Below, one piece after another: positions 48,129-59,934 of a DNA stretch of 64,000 bases. This DNA is from Eledone cirrhosa (lineage: Eukaryota): contig OZ024742.1 of assembly GCA_964016885.1 (NCBI GenBank), forward strand, positions 158,038,001-158,102,000, given 5' to 3'. The notes below the pieces were generated by a model that saw only the letters and a list, made by a program, of their open reading frames with translations, made no database searches and was not told the origin of the DNA. Within the stretch, counting starts at the first letter, position 1, and the number at the start of each line of letters is the position of its first letter. A program made the translations under genes and the position numbers.

Positions 48129-49534
48129 AGGTGAGTTTTATTGTAGTACAATAAAGCAATGCAGATATCGGATAAGTAGCACTCTACAGTTTGTAGGACT
48201 GGAGTATAGTATAAATAATATATAAGATCAAAAGATGTTTAAAAGAGTTCCATGTATTTTATTATGCGCATTTCAAAAACAAATATACTCATGCGATGAC
48301 ATTTGCGTTTTCGTCAGATAAAATAGTGAGACATGATACGAAGGTTAAATAACACTTTGTGAATAGTGCAGTTTTAAATCAACATATGAAAAGTAGTTTT
48401 AGATTCATGTGTGATATTGGGAAAAAATTGCTAAAGGATGAAAAAGAGGAGGAGATGAGAGTAAAGAATGGAGGGGGAGGAGTATAATGAGGAAGGATGG
48501 GATAGGAGGAGAGATGGGTGATAGAGAGATGGAGAGATAGCTTTTATAACTGAGAAAAATATATTGTTTTACAGAGAGAGGTTAAAAAACCGTTGGAAGA
48601 TAATATATAAATTAAAAGAATTTGAAAATTAACCAAGAGAAACATTTAAGAATAATGTTAAATTAAGGTTTGTATAGTGAAGGGTTTAATAATATGTGCG
48701 ATGAAAAGAAATTGTTAATATGTATTAAGAATAATATTAAGTTAAGGTTTGAATATGGAAGGGTTTAATAATATGTGCGATGGAAAGAAATCGTTGATAT
48801 GTATTATTAAACAAAAATAAAAATGGTATTGTAATTAAGGATATATTGTGAAAAGAAGTAGAAGAATGGATGAATTAATATATGTAAATAGTTTGTTTAC
48901 AAATGAGCGCAGAAAGCAAAAGGAGATAGTGTTTAAGGAGAAGACCTTAACATCAAAATATGTATGTTTATGAAGTATTTCCTAACGGTAATAATATAAT
49001 GTAATAAAGGAGATTAGTTAGGGTTTAAGTTTGATTTTATGTGTTGTGATGTGTAATATGTAGAAGGGAGAAAAATAATGAATTGAGGATAAATAATCTA
49101 ACGTCAAAAAATATGTTTATGTTTGCGAAGGATTTTTCAAGGTGATACTATAAAGTATTTAAAATAGGTAAAGGAATGGGTGTCAGTTATAACTTTACAT
49201 TCATAGATTAAGTTTTTTTCAAGACAATGGTTGTTGAGAGGACATTTATTTTTAACAGGGCAATTACAATTGCGATTAGAGAAATTAACAGAGTTATTAA
49301 CAAGTGACCTAGTGTTATCTATAGGAGGAATTGGATTGGAGAAGTTATTTACGATAGGAATAATAGTTTCTTGATTTAGACTGGGATTAAGAACATTTAA
49401 CGAAGTTGCGTTTGACGTTGTGTGCATCCGATTCATCCCAATTGACAGATTTAATTAGTATCTTTATTTTGAACTCTTTGAATCGGAAAATTCCTCAACT
49501 TCGCGGTGGAATTTATCGTGACGATGGACTTTTA

Positions 49535-50853
49535 CTATCTTAAATTGCAACATAGTTAACCTTAATATTATTAAGAACAATATACGTAATCTCTTTAACC
49601 AATATAACTTAAAAATTGAATTTGATAACAACATCAAACTAGCTAATTTCTTGGATGTATCTCTTAATCTTGACACTGGCCTATATTACCCTTACCATAA
49701 AAACAATGAGAACCTAAATTATGTTAACTTTAAATCTAACCACTCCACTAATATTAAGAATGCTATAGTTAGTAATATTGGAAAAAGAATATCCAATCTA
49801 TCATCTAATAAAAACATATTTGATGCTAACGCCAATTACTATAATAACGCGCTTTCTAAAGCCGGTTATCCTGATGAAATCAAATGTAGTAAAGAAACAA
49901 ATCCTAGAAGATGTTACAGTAAAATAATTAATCATGATCATTCGAATAACTTTAATAAAAGACCCAGATACAAAAACATAATCTGGTATAATGCTCCTTT
50001 CTCCATCTCTATTAATAATAATATTCCTAAATTATTCTTTAGTGCCTTAAATAAATGCTTCCCTCCCTCACATATCTATAGTAAAATATTTAACAAACAC
50101 ACTATAAAATGTTCCTATTCGAATCCTCCAACATCTCCAACATTATCTCTAAACACAACAATAAAATACTAAATACTAAATCTCTTCCTTCCAACATTGA
50201 ATATCATAATAATAGTAATATTACTCCCGACGTCATTGTTAACTCTAGGCTAATTTCTGCAAACCCAAATACAACGTCAAACGCAACTTCGTTAAATGTT
50301 CTTAATCCCAATCTAAATCAAGAAACTATTATTCCTATCGTAAATAACTTCTTCCAATCCAATTCCTCCTATAGATAACACTAGGTCACTTGTTAATAAC
50401 TCTGTTAACTTCTCTAATCGCAATTGTAATTGCCCTGTTAAAAATAAATGTCCTCTCAACAACCATTGTCTTGAAAAAAACTTAATCTATGAATGTAAAG
50501 TTATAACTGACAGCAATTCCTTTACCTATTTTGGCTCCACTTCCACCTCCTTTAAAGCTCGTCTTTATAATCATCATTCGTCTTTTAAATACCAACTTAA
50601 AAGAACCAACCCGGTACTCTCAGAACTCATATGGTCCTTGAAAGACAAACATATTAACTATAACATCTCTTGGAGGAAGGTTTGTTCTGCTTCTCCATAC
50701 TTGAATGCCTCTCTATCCAAAACATGTAATCTCTGTTTATGTGAGAAATTTACCATTATATCAAATTTAGATTCTATAATAAATAGACGCACTGACTTGT
50801 TTTCTTTCTGCTTGCATAAATTGCACAGAACATTCCATAAAGTATACAGCTAA
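49535..50853 (+). pseudogene. Penelope-like RT thumb + GIY-YIG, frameshifted
   Basis: NFLDVSLNL..YPYHK..SNH, IWYNAPFS, CNCPVKNKCPLNNHCL, NLIYECKV..YFGST..FKARLYNH, CNLCLCEK; paralog of 34638-36198. Confidence 0.88.
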
Positions 50854-52014
50854 TATCTAATACTTTACCAATTTAAAATCCTTTTTCTCAAAGGCACATA
50901 TATATATATATTTCTTTAAAAATATACCCATCTTTCTACTTTATTTCAATGTTATTTATTATACATTATATAATACTATTACTCATTCTATATCACTCCT
51001 ATTTATTACTTCCCTTTCTTCCTTTTTTCCTTTTTTCTTTTAATTTCTAACCTCTAATCTGTACCTTTTCTTCCGAGATACTTCTCAATTCTCATTATTG
51101 CTCACCACAATATATCCACTCTTCCTTCTTCCATCCTATCACTGGCCATAAAACTTACTATTACCCTTTAAAATGCTTTATAGTATCACCATGAAAAATC
51201 CTTCGTAAACATAAACATATTTTTTAACGTTAGATATTCATCCTCAATTCATTATTTTTTCTCCCTTTCATGCTTGTCTAACTTCTACATATTACACATC
51301 ACAACACATAAAATCAAACTTAAACCCTAACTAATCTCCTTTATTACATTATATTATTACCATTAGGAAATACTTCATAAACATACATATTTTGATGTTA
51401 AGGTCTTCTCCTTAAACACTATCTCCTTCTTTGCTTTCTGCTCTCATTTGTAAACAAACTATTTACATATATTAATTCATCCACTCTTCTACTTCTTTTC
51501 ACAATATATCCTTAATTACATTACCATTTTTATTTTTTTTAATAATACATATCAACAATTTCTTTCCATCGCACATATTATTAAACCCTTCAATATTCAA
51601 ACCTTAACTTCATATTATTCTTAATACATATTAACAATTTCTTTTCATCGCACATATTATTAAACCCTTCAATATACAAACCTTAATTTAACATTATTCT
51701 TAAATGTTTCTCTTGGTTAATTTTCAAATTCTTTTAATTTATATGTTATCTTCCAACGGTTTTTTAACATCTCTCTGTAAAACAATATATTTTTCTCAGT
51801 TATAAAAGCTATCTCTCCATCTCTCCTCCTATCTCCTTCTTCCTTATTATACACCTCCCCTCCATTCTTTACTCTCATCTCCTCCTCTTTTTCATCCTTT
51901 CCCCAGCCTCAATTTTTTCCCAATATCACACATGAATCTAAAACTACTTTTCATATGTTGATTTAAAACTGCACTATTCACAAGTGTTATTTAACCTTCA
52001 TATCATGTCTCCCT

Positions 52015-52083
52015 ATTTTATCTGACGAAAACGCAAATGTCATCATATGATGATATTTGTTTTTGAAATGCGCATAATAAAAT
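52015..52083 (+). ncRNA. minimal hammerhead motif (family J); inverted copy at 48256-48324
   Basis: attttat-CTGACGA-long stem II hairpin-GAAA-T-GCGC-ATA-ataaaat; perfect 7-bp stem I. Confidence 0.75.
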
Positions 52084-52112
52084 ACATGAAACTCTTTTAA
52101 ACATCTTTTGAT

Positions 52113-52185
<73 letters not shown>

Positions 52186-52188
<3 letters not shown>

Positions 52189-52377
52189 AGAAGATATGAC
52201 CCCCGACGGCAGAGCTCAAGCCATTTCGACGGCTATTTCTGGTCCAGAAATAGCCGTCGAAACGGCTTGAACTCTGCCGTCGAGGTCATACTTCCTCCTA
52301 TTACCCACTCTACTACCCTAAGTATTGAGTACACTGGTGCGTAACGGTCCATCTGGTTCCTTACCACAACTCCTTCG

Positions 52378-52380
<3 letters not shown>
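52186..52380. mobile_element. short hairpin element (family K) in (AT)n; relatives at 29385-29445, 33490-33616 and 57076-57473
   Basis: cgacggcagagctcaagccatttcgacggctatttctgg / ccagaaatagccgtcgaaacggcttgaactctgccgtcg. Confidence 0.75.
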
Positions 52381-52443
<63 letters not shown>

Positions 52444-52784
52444 TTATCATATAAGCTCCTGATTATTATTGGAATTCTATAAGAATCCAGCTTCTATAAT
52501 TTTCGGCGGAAGAGGGCAGTACGTAGATCCAATGATTGCCAAACAGCATGAAACAGACTGTTAGCTTCTCTGCCTTCTTTCACCGAAAAGAAGCAAGTGA
52601 CATAGTCACTACTTTAAAATGATAGCGAATGGTCTTCTAAATGTATTTAAATAAACATACGGTATATTGCCAAATATTCTATGCATACATTCATGTATAC
52701 ATTGCTATTTCAGAGCACTAATCTAATACTTAATATATATATATATATTTGTGTGTGCGCGCGCGTGTGTGTGTATGTTACGTC

Positions 52785-53010
52785 GGTACCCCCAAACATC
52801 TATCCTACTCTGTATGTGACCGTGTAGGTGTCACAACAAAAGGTACGCACCACACACTGTCAATGTGGTTGGCGCTAGGAAGGGCTTTTAACCGTAGAGA
52901 ACCAGCCAGAAACGAGACACGGTTACCCGGCCCTACTTGCCTCGAAATGGAACAAACCCGTCTAACCCATGCTAGCGTGGAAGATGGACGTTAAACGATG
53001 TTGATGATGA
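52785..53010 (+). mobile_element. RTE-like 3' terminus
   Basis: Remnants of the 48-bp unit; ggacgttaaacgatg..tga tail. Confidence 0.6.
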
Positions 53011-53569
53011 TATGGCTGCCATTTCTAGGAACCTGAACGATAATAGGTAAATGGATTACAACAGCTAACCAAAGATGACTTTAGCAATGTGTTATGATTG
53101 ATGTATGCCAGTTGTGATTACAGTAGGTAAAAATGTATTAAACTTCATGTCAGTTGGTTGCTAATTATATGTGCATATGACAATGAAATAGATGTATAAT
53201 CTTATATTTCATGATCGGTTCTGTGAGCAACGGAAATAACTCCGACTTTATGAATATTTTCTTGAATATAATACAGGCTGATGTACTTCGATCACTTGAA
53301 CAGGATATCCTCTTAATAAAAATAAGTTATTTTAATACAGAAATTCAGTTTAATGAAATATACACTTTTCATGAATTATACGCTTTTCCTCTCTAGATCT
53401 AACTTTATATATATATATATATGTGTGTGTGTATTGGTGGGGGGGGGGGAAGCATGTGTGTCTCTCTCTCTGCTCGCGTATCTTTGATGTATGTAGAGAA
53501 AGAAAGAGAGAAAAGAGAAAGAAATTAAGAAGATAACAAGAGAAGAGGATAGATAGATAAATATATATA

Positions 53570-54256
53570 TATCGTTTCTGAATTTGATTAGCAAGATTCT
53601 TTATTTGAAAACCTGTGTTGAAACCGATATTGTTATACTTTGGGAGGGTCATGTTGCCAATAAGAAACACACGCACCACTCGTTTCAATTTATTATAAAT
53701 TAAATTATAAATTTCCGGTTGGTTGGTTGGTTCCTCAACCGGACGGTTGTTCATATATTGTCAAAGTTCTTTCGTCACACATTGTGTGACCTCTTCAGTG
53801 ACTGGGGATTATTTTCTTTGTTTTGTGCCTCTCATTTGTTCTGTCCTGCGCCATCTTGTTTTTCTGTGTGTTGTGTGCTTAGTTTGGATGTGTTACATCC
53901 GGGTGTTTGTGTGTGATTTTATTTGTTTATTTATTTGTTTATTTACATGTTACTGGTTGGTTTTTTGTTCTATGTGTTACCCGGATGTAACACATGCGCA
54001 AACTAAGCACACAACACACAAAAAAACAAGATGGCGTAGCACAGAACAAAGGAGAGAGACAAAACAAAGATAAGAATCCCAGTCACTGAAGAGGTCACAG
54101 AATATGTGACGAAAGAACTTTGACAATATATGAACAACCGCCCGGTTGTGGAACCAACTAACCAAACGGAAATTTATAATTTTTTTAATTTATAAATTGG
54201 CGAGAATGCAACTGGTGCGTGTGTTTCTTATTGGCAACATGACCCTCCCAAAGAAT

Positions 54257-54262
<6 letters not shown>
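53570..54262. mobile_element. fold-back pair of family B pseudo-LTRs with hammerhead-like cores (53760-53802 -, 54082-54124 +)
   Basis: gtca-CTGAAGA-g-gtcaca/tgtgac-GAAA-GAA-CTT-tgac; homologous to 5120-5545. Confidence 0.85.
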
Positions 54263-54317
<55 letters not shown>

Positions 54318-54318
<1 letters not shown>

Positions 54319-54418
54319 GGGGAGTCCCCCAAACATATATACACATTTCAACAGCATTCTAATATATATTGCCAGTACAGTTAATCAAATTGTGTATACA
54401 TTTTTGGGGTCACCTTGT
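54318..54418. mobile_element. ~100-bp Tc1-type MITE
   Basis: Imperfect TIRs cggggagtcccccaaacatatatacacattt / aattgtgtatacatttttggggtcaccttg in a TA context. Confidence 0.5.
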
Positions 54419-55015
54419 GTATATATTTGTTAATATATATAGGTATTTATGTATTTATAAATATATATATCGGGTGAGAAAATGTGAGTGCGAGACGCCT
54501 AACTCTCCATGCTCTGCATATCAAATAGAGCGAAAGGCATGTTCAAATTGCTACTAATGGCATCGTGATTCCCAGCTCTCGCCGCCAGATCAACCTCCAA
54601 TAGATGATATAGGAGAGATCTTCACTTAATGTTGTTTAGTCTATCTTTCCTCAGCTTCATTTTTGCTTTGTGCGTATAATATTTAAACATCATTATGCTG
54701 TACCCAGTTAACAAGACACAGGGTAGGAAAAGTGGTTTGAGAAAAGTAGTAGAGGAAGAAAAGAGAATGAGAAATATATATATGTAAGGTATGGAAAAGC
54801 AAAAAGGATTTGCATATAACTTTCCACTCACTCTGTTGTCTATAGATTGGTAGGTGGTAATGATGTTTTATATCCTAAGCGTGGTTATATAGTAAACCAT
54901 ATACGTTAGTCAGAGCGAATTATCACTAAAGGTTCTTCAAATTTAACCACTTTTCATTCACACGAATCAAATATTCAACTTGCCATCGACCATTATATTT
55001 AAAAATCAATATCAA

Positions 55016-55198
55016 GGCGGTGGATTGGCAGTATCGGTAGAGAGTCGGACGCCATGCTTTCCAGCATAGTTACGTCCCTTTACGATCTGAGTTCAAATCC
55101 CGCCAAGGTTCACTTTGCCTTTCATCCTAACGGGGTCGATAAAATAAAGTACCAGTAATGCACTGGGTAATTGCTGGGCTTGTGCCTAAAGTAGAAAC
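55016..55198 (+). mobile_element. SINE family 1, full length
   Basis: ggcggtggattggcag..gttcaaatcccgcc..gcctttcatcct..gtagaaac. Confidence 0.88.
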
Positions 55199-55735
55199 AT
55201 ATTTAAAAATCAATATTGTTTATAAATTATTTTGCCAGTGAGGTCATACATATGAAACAGAAAACTTATCTGGCGCGACGTCTCCCGGGTTAATATTCCC
55301 GTGCAGATTAAACTGACAAGGAAATACTAAAATATATTTTATTGAGACAAATGGATGATGTAAACATCAGGATTATGCAGGAACTCTTCCAACTTATATA
55401 TGTCTCAATTTAAGAAGGTTTATTGATGTGGCCATCAAGCAACATGCTTAACGTAGAGTTACAATGAAATATATACATACATATATATTTACACACAAAC
55501 TCACACACACATACATATACAGCCAGAGACAGATATGCACATATGCTGCATGCATGGATAAATACATGCATATATTCATATATACATACACACATAAGCA
55601 CATAGCTTTTTAATAAATGTATGCATATATATATATATATATACATACATTTATTTTAAAACTCACATATGCATATACATATATTTCCATACATATATAA
55701 ATATTTTAAAACAATATATATATATATATATATAT

Positions 55736-55780
<45 letters not shown>

Positions 55781-55785
<5 letters not shown>

Positions 55786-56927
55786 GAAAAGCGAAGTAGT
55801 TTCAGATGTTCAAGTCCTTTAATAATAATTGTTTCTACTTTTGGCACAAGGCCAGCAATTACCCAGTACATTAATGCTGTGATATATATTTCAATGGCGA
55901 CAGTGACCACACTGTTCCGTGCGCCGGTGCCGCGACATCATCAGACAGCTTGTTACATAATAAGGTTATGTTTCCAAGGCAATCCAAATTGAATCTACTG
56001 TACGGTACTATCGTTCAGTATGTAGATAATATATCTGTAACATTAATACCCCTTTCAAAACTTATTACTTAAACATCTCCCTACGTAGTAGATAGTATAG
56101 TTGCATATATTTTTTACTCACTTCAATCTATATTTGTTTACTCACCTCAATCTAGATTCTCACTTGTAACATTTTTTTAATTTTTAATTATTAATTTTTA
56201 ATTTTTAATTTTTAATATTTGATTTCTGTTTTTCGATTTTTAATTTTTAATTTTTAATTTTTAATTTTTAATTTTTAATTTTTAATTTTTAATTTTTAAT
56301 TTTTAATTTTTAATTTTTAATTTTTAATTTTTAATTTTTAATTTTTAATTTTTAATTTTTAGTCCTAATTTCTAACTCTCATTCATAACTTCCACTGTGA
56401 AATCATGATACCTAGAATTAAGTATATTTTCTCTTCGAGGTTGATGGTCAATTATACTGTCCATGCTTAGTGAGGGGTAGTATTGAGACCTATCGATACT
56501 CACACTCTCCCATCCCCACTGGCTTTCGAATGACTGCCACAGACGGGGTAGGTAGCAGTAAGCTATATATACCAGGCCTGAATGGGTCATTGTTTCGTTG
56601 AGAGGGGAAACTGACTAAGCGAATTTCGTTGAAATCTGCAGTAGCTTATGGTCAACTTCCTTCGGACCTACGCCTGCGCAGTCCGGTGGGGGTGAATTGG
56701 TACTCACAAGGGAACGGATGAAGAACGCAAGAGCACACACTTCGTCCGTTCCCATGTCGATTCAATTTGCATTGCCTCGGAAACATAACCTTATTATGTA
56801 ACAAGCTATCTGACGATGTCGCGGCACTGGCGCACGGAACAGTGTGGTCACTGTCGCCATTGAAATATATATCACAGCATTATTATTAAAGGACTATAAC
56901 ATCTGAAACTACTTCGCTTTTCCTTAT
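55781..56927. mobile_element. non-coding fold-back element (family L) with a hammerhead in each arm (55876-55949 -, 56805-56878 +)
   Basis: Arms 55781-55995 / 56759-56927; gctgt-CTGATGA-tgtcg..cgccatt-GAAA-T-ATAT-ATC-acagc; spacer holds (TTTTTAA)n at 56175-56361. Confidence 0.75.
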
Positions 56928-57005
56928 TCGATATTTAATCCGTCACTCCTATGTGAAATAAGTACGCTGAGTGCTTGAATTGAATTGCATCAATATTTAC
57001 CCTAA

Positions 57006-57075
<70 letters not shown>

Positions 57076-57077
<2 letters not shown>

Positions 57078-57252
57078 CGAAGGAAATGTGGTAAGGAACC
57101 AGGTGGACCATAACACACCAAAGTACTCAATACTTAGAGTAGTAGAGTGGGTAATAGGAACCAGTAAGACCCCGACGGCTGAGCTCAAGCCGTTTCGACG
57201 GCTAATTAGCCGTCGAAACGGCTTGAGCTCAGCCCCCGGGCTCTTACTTGTT

Positions 57253-57295
<43 letters not shown>

Positions 57296-57470
57296 CGAAG
57301 GAAATGTGGTAAGGAACCAGGTGGACCATAACGCACCAAAGTACTCAATACTTGAGGTAGTAGAGTGGGTAATAGGAACCAGTAAGACCCCGACGGCTGA
57401 GCTCAAGCCGTTTCGACGGCTAATTAGCCGTCGAAACGGCTTGAGCTCAGCCCCCGGGCTCTTACTTGTT

Positions 57471-57473
<3 letters not shown>
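57076..57473. repeat. tandem pair of ~180-bp family K units, each with a perfect 58-bp palindrome (57177-57234, 57395-57452), separated by (AT)n
   Basis: ggctgagctcaagccgtttcgacggctaa|ttagccgtcgaaacggcttgagctcagcc. Confidence 0.92.
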
Positions 57474-57528
<55 letters not shown>

Positions 57529-57973
57529 ATATTAATAAATGGAAACTATATTTATAAAACCATATTTATTTTATTATATATATTTCAAGGGCAACCAATG
57601 CAGATTATGGTGCGCTTTCATCAGATAAAATACAGTTTTGTTTTATAAATAAATATTGACATACCCAGAAAAAAGACAATCTTAACGGTTGAAGCTTCCT
57701 GGATACATATATATATGTATTCCGAGTTATCCTATGGATAACTCCGAATATCACTCGATGCATAGTATGATGTGACCTTAACCTATACACTCATTCGACG
57801 GTGCCTTCTGTCAATTTGTTAAATTCTTTTTTCTCCTTTTATTTCTTCCTCTTTTTATTTCTTTTTCTGTTCCCTACTCTCATTTATCTTAAATTTAAAA
57901 CGCTCTCCCGATGAAGGCTAGAAGAGGTAACTAGCCGAAACAGCCTGAGTTCGTAGTTGATCCTCTACTAGTC

Positions 57974-58050
<77 letters not shown>

Positions 58051-58058
<8 letters not shown>

Positions 58059-58191
58059 TTATTTTACGTCTCTGATATTATTGTTCTGCAACCCCATGCA
58101 TTGAACCACAAAGTTACTAAGACAAAACCTATATATTTGCTAGCATAAGTATGCATATGTGTGTATATATATGTTACTAGATATACTAATT

Positions 58192-58243
<52 letters not shown>

Positions 58244-59037
58244 AATTAGTATATCTAGTAACATATATATACACACATATGCATACTTATGCTAGCAAAT
58301 ATATAGGTTTTGTCTTAGTAACTTTGTGGTTCAATGCATGGGGTTGCAGAACAATAATATGAGAGACGTAAAATAAGAAAATTATAAAATTAACTTACTT
58401 ACTAAAATTTCACTCCCAACTAATTAGTTTCTGAAAGGGAATAAACATACTTTCCGAAGAAGTGTACAGAGAAGCCTTTCGTCATCAGGGAAGTCTATTC
58501 TCAGCTAAGTTTCCAGGCAATACGTGGACACTGGGAACTTATACAAAAATAATTCAGTCGATAGAAAAAAGCAAAGCGTGGACTAAATTCCTAGCCATTG
58601 AGAAAATCACTGCCTACTGCGTCGGTGGCAAATTCAAAAGAATCAATCACGTGACATCGAGGTCAATCAGTGGAAAGTGGTTTGTTAAGAAGACAGCAGC
58701 CTGACTGTTACCATAGCAGCAGTCTTGGCCAATTTCCTCGACAAATAATTTGGAGATAATTATAAAGAATTAGTATATCTAGTAACATATATATACACAC
58801 AGATGCATACTTATGCTAGCAACACGCTTTGCTTTTTTCTATCCACTGAATTATTTTTGTATAAGTTCCCAGTGTCCACGTATTGCCTGGAAACTTAGCT
58901 GAGAATAGACTTCCCTGATGACGAAAGGCTTCTCTGTACACTTCTTCGGAAAGTATGTTTATTCCCTTTCAGAAACTAATTAGTTGGGAGTGAAACTTTA
59001 GTAAGTAAGTTAATTTTATAATTTTCTTATTTGACGC

Positions 59038-59043
<6 letters not shown>
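58051..59043. repeat. overlapping inverted repeats: 58051-58195/58240-58384 around (AT)n, and 58362-58580/58823-59043
   Basis: Identical ORFs 58064-58276(-) and 58159-58362(+); second pair read by eye. Confidence 0.88.
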
Positions 59044-59120
<77 letters not shown>

Positions 59121-59562
59121 ATCTCTCGAGAAGAACGACCCACTGTGTACACTACAGTTAATATTACCTAGTCGAAGGTATCCAAGACATATAGATATAA
59201 AGACATAGGAAAAGCGGGGAACTACCAGTGGATTTACATGGAAATAGTAAATACCGATTCTTGAAGCCAATCCAATTTTGTTTCGAGCCGGGAAGAGATA
59301 ATGCGTATTACAATTATTAGATGATGGGCATCATTAGATGTTAGCATCTTACTAATTAAGCACCATCTTATTATATACACATAGTTCCAGTTATCATCAA
59401 TGGAGTAGCCATGTACGAAAGTATGAAAGGTTATTTTATAAAGACGCCTAAGTGGAACGATAAATGCAAGTTTTCTATGTATTTCAAATAAACTGATGCT
59501 TCGTCTCGACCTTCGAAACAACAAGCGTTATATATATATATATATATTCATACCTTCTTTTA

Positions 59563-59739
59563 GCGGTGTATTGGCAGTATCGGACGCCATGCTTTGCAGC
59601 AAAGAGTTACGGCCATTGATGATCTGAGATCAAATCCCGCCAAGGTCAACTTTGCCTCTCATCCTTACGGGGTCGATAAAATAAAGCACCAGTAATACAC
59701 TGGGATAATTTCTGGCCTTGTGCCATAAAGTAGAAACAA
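59563..59739 (+). mobile_element. SINE family 1
   Basis: Same core and tail as 62717. Confidence 0.8.
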
Positions 59740-59854
59740 TTATATATATATTCATACACATATATGTATGTGTATGTGTGTATGTGTGCGCGTGTGATGG
59801 AACGGGGTGTTTGTGTGTGTATGTTTATGTGTATATATATATATATACATACAC

Positions 59855-59934
<80 letters not shown>

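Larger units (their letters stand above)
48205..52118 (+). mobile_element. 5'-truncated Penelope-like element with an inverted 5' pseudo-LTR and an additional inverted internal fragment
   Basis: 48215-49160 is the reverse complement of 51170-52118; 49161-49421 is the reverse complement of 50270-50531; coding remnant in between. Confidence 0.9.

Noticed and set aside
58915-58935. CTGATGA-C-GAAA hammerhead lacking stem II (inverted copy at ~58468-58488)
   Set aside because: No stem II and no convincing stem I; at best a deletion relic
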